Source of the DNA: Camelus ferus
Taxonomy: Eukaryota
Assembly (NCBI RefSeq): GCF_009834535.1
Contig: NC_045696.1
Span: 102,116,001-102,180,000 of the forward strand
DNA: 64,000 nt
Direction of reading: 5' to 3'
Shown here: positions 49,250 to 62,050 of the stretch, in pieces
Layout of the letters: each line of letters begins with the position of its first letter
How positions within the stretch are numbered: position 1 is the first letter of the stretch
Position numbers and translations under genes: made by a program
The notes under the pieces: model-generated
Told to the model about the DNA's origin: nothing
Databases searched by the model: none
What the model saw: only the letters and a program-made list of their open reading frames with translations

Positions 49250-51360
49250 TTACACTTCACTATTCACAAATCTTCCTACATCTGTTGCACAATATGATTC
49301 TCATGACAATATAATAAATAAGGTAAACTAACATCATTATCATTCCCTTTTCACAGATGAACCAGTAGAGGCAAAGAAGAGTAGTAGTAACTCCCCCGGT
49401 TTTCATATGGAACCATCATGTGTGTGTGTCATGCCTTGCCTCTTACCCCATTGAATCCTTACTGCAGTCCTGTAAGTTACTGTACTGGAGATGTTGCGTG
49501 ACCCTGCCCGGTAAATTGCTGCCTCCAGGGTGGCGGAACTCCTCTCAAACCTAGAGGATATGGCACCAGCCCTCCTATCTTTCCACAGTGAAATTTGAAA
49601 GCAATGGTTAAACTTCAGTGCTATAAATTAGCAGTAGAGAGTGGGAGAGTTAAATACATGAATTTGGAAAACTGTTTAATACTGGATTTGGAAACTGTGC
49701 GTAGGTACACAAAATTTTGAATCAATCTGGGAAGGTGGTATGATACAGTAAAAGAGCAGAGGTTTTGAAGAAAGGTGTCCTGAATTTAAACCCTGGCTTC
49801 TCCATTCACTGTTTAAATGGATTTGGCTAAGTCACTGAACTTTGCTTAATTTCAGTCCCCAAATCTACAAAATGGAGCTTTTACCACAAAATTTATTTAA
49901 TTGAAATACGATGAAACTCAGATAAGATACTGTCTGTGAAGTCACTTTAGAATTCTAAATTCTGAATTCTTTCAAATCTTTGTGTAAGGAGGGTCACAGG
50001 TCACTCTCCATCTCAAAATACTGATTGTTGGTTTACATATTTATTGTCTGTCTCGTTGCCTCCCCCTCATATTCACCTACATAATCACAGTCTACAACAG
50101 TGCCAGGCACTTAGGCCCTCAGCAAATATTCATCAGATGAATAAACATGAACACCAATAGAAATAATCATACTGGAATTTTATCAAAGAGAAGAAATTTT
50201 GAAAAATAACACCTATACTATCATGATTGAGACTGTGTCCTGTGTCTAAGGGAAATGAAATGTGTGCTTAAACAAATACACCTGCAGCGTTTCCATTTAT
50301 CCCCAGTCACCACTTTCTTATGCCCAGTTAAAATAAATCACACAGAGCTTCACCCCCATATTGTTTTCTGATCTTCAGCAAGTTCTGCCATGAGCTAGAG
50401 ACTGCCCAGTGGGTCTCTTCTCTCAGCCTTGGGCACCGTGAAAAAGAGGATTTGAAGTAGTTGAAAATGTTTGTTGGAAAAAAATATTTCAGCCTTCTGG
50501 TCTGTTTAACCACCTGTATCACCCATATTTCATTACCTTAGCTCCTCTCAATGACTGTAAAATAACTTCTCAATTCTTTCCTTAGTCCTGGTTGCTGACC
50601 AACATGAGTGTTTTCATAGTGATCAGTTTTTCTGATTTACTGGCAGTCATTTTTGGGACATGATGTCAAATCCATTGATGAACAAGAATGTCACCAGTCT
50701 CTGTACATCATCAATATTTAAAAAGCTAATAATGTTTATTAGCTTTAAGGATTGAGTTACCAATGTTAATATTTAAGTCTAATAAGTTAATATGTCCTAC
50801 TTTTATTTTTTGCACACTTAAAGAATTCTAATCTGTCTAGAGGGAGCTTCTCTGATTTGCTGCATTTCAGGGCAGCAGACTATCAGCAAGCAGCACTGGG
50901 CTGATAGGTAAGAGGCCAAGAAAACACTCGTTGGGACAGTTACTGATTAGCTGCATGACCCTGGACAAGTGACTTCATTCTGCATATTTCCTTTGGTTTC
51001 TGAGTTGAAAGAAAAAATGGAATGAGCCCCTGATTTCCTTTGAGAGATGGTAAGACAGGTGAAATGTTCTGGGACACTTTGATCCCTTACAGGTCTCGAG
51101 GGATCCATAGGTGTTTGTTTGTTTCTTTCATTTATTTCCATTTTATTATCTATTTTATTATGGGTGATACTGAACACTTCAGGGCACTGTGAAGGAATTT
51201 GGATTCCTTGGTCCTCACAGCCCTTGTCCGTGGTCAGCCTTACCTCATTTGCTTTGCAGTAGCACAGAGAGAGGTGAGTGACATTTTGCTGGGTCACAGA
51301 GAGTGTCAGTGGCAAGTTAGGACCCAATGCAGGCAGTTGTTTACCTCAAAGTCCCACAGC
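49250..51360. mobile_element. Cluster of MIR fragments and an L2 3' end (about 50030-50150)
   Basis: ttttcacagatgaa, ggctaagtcactgaac and gaccctggacaagtgacttc cores; gtgccaggcacttaggccctcagcaaatatt. Confidence 0.55.
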
Positions 51361-54300
51361 TTCCCTGGATGATTTGTGGGTCGCATCTCTACTTTATGTT
51401 TAGTAACAACCGCCATGAAAATTGCTGATTACTCAGATGTTAAGCACAGCTGTATTTCTTTGCAAACAAAGGCTTTCCTCACGGAATAAAAGAACCACTT
51501 ATGCTTTCCAAGTATAGTCCCTTTATTAGTAAATTCCTGGGCATTTGGTGATTTATACCATTTATAATTCAATGCTCTTAGTAATAACAAAATTGCTGTA
51601 ACCAACTGTTTGATAAAATACAGAGAAATCCGGAATCTTTTTTTTTTTTTTTTTTTGAGAGTTAAATGGTAATATGAGATGGAGTGAGGTGGGGGCAGGG
51701 AATGTAATTTCTTTTCACACCCTTTTCCTGTGAGGCACTTGGTAGGCTTTCTTTTCCTCTTTGTGGCCACAGCCCCACTGCACCTGTGTTTCAGCAGGAA
51801 CTGTCCCTTCAGGTTAATGAAGGGATAACTAGTTTCAGTCTTGTTTAGAATGAGGGATATGAGGGACTGAGGCCACCAACATTTCAGAGCTGTGAGTTCT
51901 TATCGCATAATATTCAGTAGCTGGTTGGCCAAGCAAATCAAGGGCTTAAAAACAAAAACAAAAATGAAACAATAAACAAAAGCATTATCCTGCTCCCTGA
52001 GAAAGATACTGTCATTGTTAAAGAAATGGCAGCTCCAGAGGTGTCTTCTTGTCTTGATTGGTGCCTGCTGTCCCACACAGTGAAAACCAAATTCCCTCTT
52101 GAAGGACCAGGACAGCAGCAGGCAGCACACTCGCTGTGACTGGAAAGTGGAGAATGATTTTAAATACATTGTGTTGACCTTCTTGCAGCATTTTAATAAC
52201 TCATGATGGGGAGCCATGGAACTTCAGATGAACAAGTACTGAGTGAGTGCTGTCAGTAGCGCTTGCTTCTGGAATGTTCTGGGGTAGCATGTGGAGATTA
52301 GAGGCAGGTGAGGGTATTTTTTTTAAAGGCAGCTATTGGAGAAAGTTATGTCAACAGCAATGACCCAGTGCTGAGTATCTGTCTGAGAAAACCGGGTAGA
52401 CATTGAACTCTCATCACCTCTAAATTCCCCTCCAACAAGCCCTGAAGGGAGCCTGGCCACAGTCCATCCTTGGTTCTGCTCGGACTCACAGACATGGCCT
52501 TCTCATTCTGGCAAAAGGCAGGAGCATCATTACGTCTCAGCGTGTTTTATGATGCCTCGTGGAAACAGCTGTGTTGCCTGTCTTTGTGTGGATACAGTTT
52601 TTAAAAAATGGAAATTGCCATGGCAACAGCTGCAGGCACTTATTATAGAGCAGTAGAAGTGACGCCGGTATTTGTGAGGAAATCTATGCTCTCAGAATAG
52701 TGTGCCCCTTACAATGGAGTGGATTTCTCCTACTAACATTTCCATTTTTGAAAAATCAAAAGGTATAAAAACGTGTCCAAAAGAAATTTACCAGGGAACT
52801 GGAGAACTTAGGGAATTGGTAAGTGGGAACGGAGCCTTTTAACTGTGGCCCCTGAGTTAAAAATCCAACTGGCAATCTCAACACTGGGATTCTAGGGAGG
52901 GCAGCGCTCATTATTTGTTTTTAACCCCGTGGTACCTAATATGGTACTCTAAACAGGATTGCTTAATTGCGATGACAGGGATGATTAGAATTAATTAAAG
53001 CCAGTTTTCTGCTTCTTTTCACATCACACCTTCCTTACAGCTTTGAGGAACCTTTAAATTTGAGACTATCGGAACCAATGTGCCCTCATCTCAGCCAATA
53101 AATTTAAAGTAGTTTAAGTATAAGCTTCAGTTTTCTTTTAACTCAGTTCTGAGGTAAATAACATCTTTCATAGGCTCATGCTAAATATTTTTTTGCTAAG
53201 CATTAAGAAGGAGAGTGAAGAGGAAACCTAACAAAGAAAGATTTGCCATGACGTGTGTTTAAGACTTTATACATTAAGGAGGGAGCATCCTATGCTGAGT
53301 TTTGAATGAGTTTTTCATGTTCTCTAAACATGACGTCATATCATTTTAATGATCCCATAGACCATGTCCTTGATGGAAGCAGCCAGATAATTTAACAGGA
53401 AGTATTTAACTATAAGGAACACAGAAAAGTGATATCAGTATTGTGTAACTTATGGAAATAAGCTGTGTCTCTAAGACTACAGATAAATAAGCCTTGAGCA
53501 TGGCACAAACATCTATCAAATCCAGAATTTTTCACTCACTTCCAAAGAACTCTGACACCTGATGAGAGATTTCAGGTGTACTGTTGTCTCTGAGAGAGTC
53601 GCAAGGTTCAAATCCCTTAAATAAGTTATTCCATATATATATATTGGATATATATATATTTTTTTTTGGTTGTTGGGCCCTGAAGTTTTAGAGTATATAT
53701 TTCACCACCAAAATTATATTTCATCTGAGCTTTGTTCAACTAGGTTGTGCCCCGGTTGTTTTCCTCCCATCACTCAGAAGAAGCAGAGAAGCCCATGGAG
53801 AAAGTTTTTTTGCCCTGGGCTATAGGAAACATATTGCAAAAAGGCTCCATCTCATCCTATTCCAAGAAATGACTGAAAAACAAAAACTTCCCCCCACTTT
53901 AAATCCAGTCACTAGGGATTGTTTTATTTTCATTAGAAGACAAAGCAGCATATTAGAATCTATTGTGCAGCAAGCAGTATGTCCCATCTCTCTCCTTTCT
54001 GCTGCCAAATTTGTTCCCCATTCAAGCCAACCAAGCAACTGTTACACAAAATAGGCTAGAACACCATTGGATGGAATCTGTCCAGAGAAATCTTCAGTGC
54101 TCATGATTTACCAGTCCCCTTTATTTCTATACTTCATCCATACCACTCTAATCAATTTATTCATGGCATTGCATTGTATCATACTTGAGAGACTCAAGAG
54201 GAAGGTAACTTCAACAATTTTATATTCACTAAACTAGGCAAAAAGGAAGGGCGTGCTGATTTAAATCTTGATGCAGAAAAAGGGAACATTGAAAGGAATG

Positions 54301-55129
54301 CAGCAATAAAGAAGGGAGATAATCTTTCTCTTCATAAGAAGTCAATACATTTTCCTGAATACGGTAGCCTCAGGCAGATGTCTGATAAGAGTTGTTGGTA
54401 GAGAAGGAATTACCATCTGGTGATAAAATGCATCTTAGTATAATTAATTTCTCATTTAATAAGTATATTCAATTTTGCTGAACCACCTCTGAAGCCAAAG
54501 GAATATGTCTGTTGGGAGGATCTTGGATCTGCAAGGAGGATCTGGTCCTCTAACTCCACTTATAACCTTTGTTGGTGTGCTTAGGTCAGAAGGAACCACT
54601 GCCCCCAAATCCTTGTGTACTTTGAAGCACAAATCATTTGTTCAAGAACTCATCAAGGGTCACATTTCTTGATGGCGTCCTATCTAGATGTCCTCAAGTT
54701 TGCTTTGAGGTATAGATTTCCAACATTTTGCCCCTAGAAGAGTCTACATTTGGTACCACATTCCATTCTGATAGAAAAATAATGTTTTAATTATCCATAA
54801 AATTTAGGAGCAGCCAAAGACAGATATGCTACTTCCTGCCAGATACCAGGCAAGACATTCTACCTTTCAAACACAAACATTTTGTTAAGCCTAGGGAAAG
54901 TCTGGAGGAGAGCTGACCCTGATTCTACTTCAGTTACAATAGCCGTACAGTGGCCCCGGGGCCTTTTTTTGGTTAGCTCTTAAATAAACACACAAAGAAA
55001 GAACTAAAGAAATATGCAGCTAGATGCTTTGAAGACCTCACCTCCCCAGTAGAGACTACCTAAGGGAAGAACTTACTCATTGGGACCATCAGGTATAACT
55101 TACCTTTTGTTGATGCACAGACACGCCGA

Positions 55130-55390
55130 CAGTTTACTGGGAGGAGGCAGTGAGGGAGAGGCAACACAGGAGGTTTGGAACTTGGGTTCTAATGCCAGTC
55201 CTACCATTTACTTGCCATGTGACTTTGGCCACATAGCTTAACCTTTCTCAGTGTCCTCAATTTCTCCTTGTAACATGTGGATAATATTATGTCTTCTGTG
55301 GGGTGGTTGTAACGATTACAAATGCTGTTACAAAATGCCTCTCACAGTTCTGGCTTGCAAGAGGCCCTCAATAAATGGCAGCTATTAGCA
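55130..55390 (+). mobile_element. MIR SINE
   Basis: tgggttctaatgccagtcctaccatttacttgccatgtgactttgg...ctcaataaatggcagctatta. Confidence 0.75.
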
Positions 55391-56080
55391 CTGCAATGTA
55401 GGAAGCACAGGGTCCAAGAGGATACTAACACTGAACATTTTGCAGAAACAGCCCATATATATACAGCTTTCCAAATTCAGTATTTAAGGCTCTAAAATTA
55501 CACTGGCATTGCATGGGCTGATCACTCAATTTACCAGCAAACTATCTTTTTATATTTTCCTAGTTTATTTTATTATGGTTTTAAATGCCAGAAATTATTA
55601 TTTTTTCTCTGTGTCATTTTGGTACCTTACTAAGTTCTTTTTTTTTTTTTAATCCAGAATTTTGAAGGCTGAATGTTTTCAATGTAGGTAATTCAACAGA
55701 ACCATGATCTTGTTCCTCTTCACTGCCACCTACACAGAGTGGTTGGTGCCAGAGTCACAGATTATCGGGTAATTCCAAGGCAGAAGGTGGCAGAGGCACT
55801 CATCCAGTTCTCTGAGACTCGTTTTCATTACAGTCCCCACATTTTGGCATTAGGTCTGTGGGATTATCACACGTTGCCTGTGATGAAGTTACCTGGGACG
55901 TCACCATCACATTTCGTATGTATCCATGGTGCTCTAGTCTCTACCTATGCACTGACCTCTTGCTGATGATGCTTCAAGAGCACTGAGTGACAAAGCAGGC
56001 TTTTCACACACAAAAACATGAATTTTGGATTTTGCTATTTCTCAGCATAAAGTTTTTTAGAGCTTCTCTCTTGCTCTCTA

Positions 56081-56114
56081 ACACACACACACATACAGAC
56101 ACACACACACACAC
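56081..56114. repeat. Interrupted (CA)n microsatellite
   Basis: Directly visible. Confidence 0.9.
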
Positions 56115-59100
56115 TGAATGGATATGAGAGCAGCACAGTCCTCTATTGTTTTCATCTAAATGGTGTTCATCTCTCCTATCACTGGCTCACCTCTGTTTCC
56201 ATTTGGATGCTTGCTAACAATGGCCCTGAGGCATTTTTTTTAACTGCATTTTCCAAGAAGGTGGTAATAGGTTTGAATAAAAATATAATGAATACACTTA
56301 GTCCAGAGGAGACACTGAGGTATAATTATTGAATTCTGCCTTTTCTTTCAAAGACTTTGCAGTTTCTCTATAACCTTAGTCCCTCTTTAGAAGTAAAGTT
56401 CAACACTAGCTGGTAGCATGCTCAGTAATGTGGGCAGAATGGTAATACAAAAGGGACCTGACCAAATGAATAAAAAAAAAACAACAAAAAACAAAACTGC
56501 AGAGACAGCGAGACTGACTCCTACCATAAAAGGAACAGAGGGGAATTATCACAAAGTAGCCCTCACCACCTGCTGCATGCCCTCCAAGTAGGGGGATCTA
56601 CTTGGCATCTTGTACCAGCTCCTCCTTTCAACCCACCCTGGCTACTAGCTTCCTCCCTAACGAAAAATGTGAACAATTCACTAGTTTTTAACCCATCTCA
56701 GAAAGAGACATCTGCATCCCAAATGCTATTTATTACCAACATGTTACTTATTTAGTAATTGAGCCATCAAGGAACATTTCTCCCCCAAATTCCTGGAGGA
56801 GCAGTGTCCTGCTTCTCCCATTTGCTCTCATGACACATAAACAAAGACAAAGGTAGTGGGTCTTCTGAAGATCTAGCCGTGGGTGCATGGAGCAAAGCCT
56901 GGGAGCTGTTGTGTCTCACACATCCTGGGCAACCTAAGAAGAGCCAAGTCCTGGTAGTAGTGATGGTGATGGTGAGTCTGGGCATGTGACTTTGGATATT
57001 TTGAGTTGATAAAGTTAAGCTAAACCATAAATAGGGAGCAGGATTGGCTCAAGTCACAGTTAATTTATGCATCGTGGTGTTATCTGCTATACTTCCGAAC
57101 TCTGCCATTTACTCCTGTGTAAATAGAACTCTCCAAACCTCACCTTCCTCTCCAGGTATACTTAGATGTCGTTATTCACTTGCATTCTCCTATGCACTGC
57201 CTGCTAGCCCACAGCAGCCATGTACGATTTCGGTGTGAGCAGGAAGGATGTGAAAGGCCATGGCTTAAGCACAGGGTTTCTTCCACGACCCCACTCCTGT
57301 TTCCTGGACTTTGCACTTGTTATCTGATTGTCTTTCATCTCACCTTCTGTGATCACCATTCACTTCAGCTTATGACCACTCCCTCCTTGTTCTACCTATT
57401 TGTATATGCCTACTTCAGTGGTTTTTAACCTTTTTGAGATCATGGACTAAATGGAGAAGGTGTATGAAATTAGGGACTCTCCTGCCAGCAAAATGAGTGT
57501 GTGTGTTTATTTGAGTTTACATCCACCTCTGGACTCCGTAAATCATTGCTTTCCTGGCCATCTTGCTGGTTGTTTTTGTGCTCATTCTGGCTTGCTCACC
57601 TGGTCTAACTTGAAGCCTTCCACTGACCTCCCTCTACACCATTCTCAGACTCAGTCTTCCAACCTGAATTTTTCCCAGCCTCTGAGCTATTTTTGGCCAC
57701 ATGTGCAAAAACCACACACCTGATTCTTCAAGACTGCTTCAGGGCCCAGGGCCCCAGCTCCTGGCACTGCACAGTAGATTGTGTTCCTCCACAGCAACAG
57801 CCTTGGTAAATGAAGTATTCAAAATGCTTGTGCTTGGCATTCGACTCCAAGTCTTAGTAACTATCTTTGCTGCATAAAATGGGAAAGACCTGCCTGTTGC
57901 TTGAGTTAGGAATCCCTCAATTTTCACAAGTTGTATTGGTTTGAGATTCAGATATAATGTAAAGTCTACATTCTTATCCTGGATAAAGCTGTGCCCTGAA
58001 GATCCAGTATCAGAGATGACCCTACTGTGGAACCCTAGCATTCTGCAATATCTACTTTTCAGCAACTGTTAGACACATGTAATGTCCTTTAAAAGCATTA
58101 TGTGGAAGCAAAACCCACTTTGATAAGATTTGTTGGTCTGTAGCTCACATGCTTCAAACACAAAATCGAAATCTGTGGAGGGGAGGCAAGTACTTTGGTA
58201 AAATACATGAGTTTAGGAAGATAACTGTGTGCTTTGCCCCCAAAGACAACCTTGTACTCAAGCAAGAAATTATCTGCAACTCTAAAAAGATGGATGCAGA
58301 TTCTCAATTAAGTTGTGATTTGGGGCCCAGATGCTCACCTAATTGCTAATAAATGGAAGAATAAGAGAAGGATCGGAGGCTACAAGTTGATCAGTGTGAA
58401 CATTTCCTGGAGGTTGGCTTGTCACCAGGTAAAACTCCATCAGGCTGTCTCAGAGAGCTGTTTGTAACAGGAGTGAGGTTTATTTAATGCAGGAATGAAA
58501 AGTGCCCAGATTAGAAAAGCTTTTCATAGGACATTATCTATGGTAAATCCTTTCATGCAACCAGAGGAAACTGGCATTTCATCCAGCCCCTCATCTCTGT
58601 CCTCAGCACACAGAATTAGTGGAGCACTGCAGGTCCCTATGCAAGCAAGTGCCTGCTTTCAGATTCTTCTTTATCTCTAAGTGACATGCAGGGAACTGTG
58701 AATTGGTGATCGCCATGAAAGTAAATGTCATTGATTCCTTGATTATTGCTGATCAGCAATTCCACACAACTTCCTTAGACACCCTCTGTTTGTGAACACT
58801 TTTTGCCTCAGGTATAGCAATGGGATTTCTGTGGTCTGTCTACCTTGGTGTCCCCTTCTCCAGCAAGGCTGCTAGAAGATCAGCTCTGTTGGATTTGCAA
58901 GACACTTGTGGATTTTTTTCGATCTTAACTATTGTTAACAATTTATATGCATCTCCTTTTTTGATACTGTCCCAGTAACTTTGTGCTTTACAGGCCTCAT
59001 TAAGAAAAAGATGAATTCAGTATTTGATCTAACTCTAAACTTTATTACTCATTCCACCCCAGAAAATTCTTATAATGGTCTGACACATTAATTGGAACTC

Positions 59101-59219
59101 CTAAATGCCTCTATATTCTTAGAAGTAGACCTCAGTTTTTATAGATTTCTTTTGAGCAAATGGTGAAAGATAGAGTAATTATTCCAACAATAATATTAAT
59201 ACGAGTAATAGTAACAACT

Positions 59220-60100
59220 GTAGTAGCAGCTAACATTTATGGAGTGCTTTCTATGTTCCAAGTAGGAGCACTGTACATGTTTAACCCAGTTAATCCCTGC
59301 TCCATGAAGGAGGCACAATTTTTATCATCACCGTTTATTAGATGAAGACACTGAGACACAGATAAGTAATTATTCTAAAGAGACAGTAGTCACCACATGG
59401 CAACACAGGGTGAGCCGAGATGAAATGAGATGAAATGAGACCTGAGCTGGTGTTGCCATGAACACCTAGAGACGTGGAGTGTACAGAGTTTCACAACAGA
59501 CTCACTGGATATGGAGAAGAGGCCTCCCTGAAGAAGTCCGAGCCTGCGAGCAGCACTAGGTTGTCAGCAAAACAGCTTGTGTGGAAATGGCTATATTCAC
59601 TAATGTGATTTTTCTCTCACAAGTTAGTACTGGAAGTCCTAAAACCTTCAACTTCCAAGAGTAGTCTGCCTCTATGGTAGGAAGGTGAAATATTTGTTGA
59701 GTCGTTTATCCGTGAGCACGCTCGGGCAGTAGATCCAAGTGTTCTCACTTCCCATCTGTGGCTGTGCACGGGCTCTCAACAGTGAGGCCTGAGTTGAGTG
59801 CCTGCCCCTCCAGCTACTAGGGAGTTACTTGGGGCAAGTGATTTACCATCCCTGGGTCTATTGATCTCTAAAAGGCAAATATTTTCATTAGATGGTTGGA
59901 AGGATTAAATGAAGTAAAATATACAAAGTTACTGAATTTCTCTAAACCATGGTTTCCTCATCTATAAAATGGAAATCATAATAGCAGCTACTTCAGGAGG
60001 CCCCTGTGAGGGTTAAATGAGATAATGTTGATAAAAATTCTTAAATGCTCTGTAGGAATGAATGCAGAGAATGATAAGTATTCTGAGTGCTCAGAAAATG
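59220..60100. mobile_element. Three MIR fragments (minus about 59220-59400; plus about 59770-59930 and 59925-60100)
   Basis: agatgaagacactgagacacaga; tttcctcatctataaaatggaaat...gagggttaaatgagataatg. Confidence 0.7.
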
Positions 60101-61049
60101 TTGAAGCACCTGACCCCCTTCTGCATTTCAACCTTGGGGATTAATATTTGGTCTTTCTTGTGCCTGTTAATGATTATATTTTAATTTTAACTAGATTTCC
60201 ATCTTTAGTGGCTATTAACCTACTTTTCTATGTCTTTTTATATCTATTATGACTAAAAGTTTCACATATCACAGTACTCTTTGGAGCTAAGATTTCATTA
60301 GCAAGGATTAAAGGAACTGAAAAGTTGGAGAAGGGGGTTGAAGCTCCCATTAGATCATGAGAATTAGTCTCTCTCTTTTAAATAGGCTCACGGTAGTGCG
60401 ATTCAAATTCCTGTTTCTGCTTCAGAAAAGAAAGAAAGGAAGAAAGAAAGAAAATGAAATAAGAGTATTTGCAAGTTACTTTTATATTTAGGACTATCTC
60501 AAATTCACTTTTCTCTCAATATTAGGTGTAAGAGAAAAATTCTCAAAGCCCACAGACTAACTCAATTCTGACAAGACTTTTCAGGCTAAATTGCAAAGTA
60601 ATTTAAGATCTCCTTTCAAAGGAAATGCACATATAATTCATAACAAACCTCCTTCAACTCTTCTTCCCTTTAACCAGTTTTAAACACAGAGCTCTCTTTG
60701 TCACTTTAAACTTGGAACTTAATGGACCAGAGCCACTTAGGACTCCGTCAAAGACTATTCCATGCTGAAATTTGTAACTGTTCTTGATGTCATTATCAAC
60801 CTGGCTCCAGCCTCAATCATCGGTGCCTTCATTGCTTCCCCACTGCTCACTAAATACTCAGCCGTTTCTAGTGGCAGGATCTGGTTTGGCACAGAAAGCT
60901 GAGTACTCTCCATCCCTCTCCTGATAGTCCTGGAGGAAGCTGGAAAATACAGAGAGTCGGTGACTCTTGGGGTGGGAGGTTCCTTGAGGCCCCATTATGC
61001 CACTGTCTAGTGCATGAATTTCCTCCATAGTACCTGACAGGTAACTCTT

Positions 61050-61320
61050 TCATGCTGTGTTTAAGTATCTCCAATGACAGAGAACTTGCTTTTATAGATC
61101 CCATTTCATTTCCCATCAGATCTAAGAATTAGGAAGTTCTGAAATAGAATATAAAGCTGAACTCTTTCTCCCTCTGATGTCTTACTTGGGGTCTTTATCT
61201 TGCCTTCTGGAAACACAAAGAACGAGGCCAGTCCTTCCTCGGCATGATCACCTTTCAAGTGCTTACTGTAGCTGTTTCTAAGTCCATCTGTCTTTTAAAC
61301 TCTCCTCCTTATTTACACCT
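61050..61320 (-). mobile_element. CR1/L3 fragment
   Basis: ctccaatgacagagaact...ttaggaagttct...tgccttctggaa...cctttcaagt. Confidence 0.55.
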
Positions 61321-61539
61321 TCCTTCCCACACCTTCCTTCCTACTTTTTCTCCTGGGGTCTGCTGTGGTTTGTCAGGTCTCATTCAGGTGGTGGCATCCA
61401 GACCAGTGAAGAGAGGCCTGGTCTGCTCCAGCCACTGAGGAGTACAATGGGGCCATGCTGACTCCAGCTCCCTCAGATGTTATAACATAGCCTCCACCTG
61501 GAATGTTCTATACCATGCTTTCCTCTACCCTGGACTCTC

Positions 61540-62050
61540 CAGTGGAAGCCCTTTCACCCCTAGAGGAAAATCCTAAGTCCTGAGAAAGTCCTGAAAGCTT
61601 CCACAAGACCTGGCCCCAACCCCATCTCCAGCCCTGTCTCCCACCACACTCTCTCCCCTTGTTCGTTGCCCTCCAGGTACCCTGCCTCCTTGAGGCTCCT
61701 CAGACCTACCGAGGCAGCTCTGCTTTAGGGACTAGAAGGCTCACCCCGCTTTTTCCACTCAGGACTCCACTTCATAATGTTTTTCAGAGAAGCCTTTCCT
61801 GTCCACCTTAACTAAAGCAGCACCCCCAGTAGACTCTATCCCATCCCCTCATGATGCTTCATTTTTCTTTTCAGTCTCTGTCATTAAATCATATGTCTAT
61901 TTGCTTAGCTATTTATTATGTCGTCTTCTCCACTGGAATGCAAGGAACATGAGGTCAGAAGCTTTTTTGTGTTTCCTTCTGTATCTTTAGTGCCTAGAAC
62001 AATGTCTGCAGATTGTAGGTGCTCAGTAAATATGTGGATGGACTGAATCT
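61540..62050 (+). mobile_element. L2a-like 3' region
   Basis: cagagaagcctttcctg...gtgcctagaacaatg...gtaggtgctcagtaaatatgtggatggactgaat. Confidence 0.75.
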
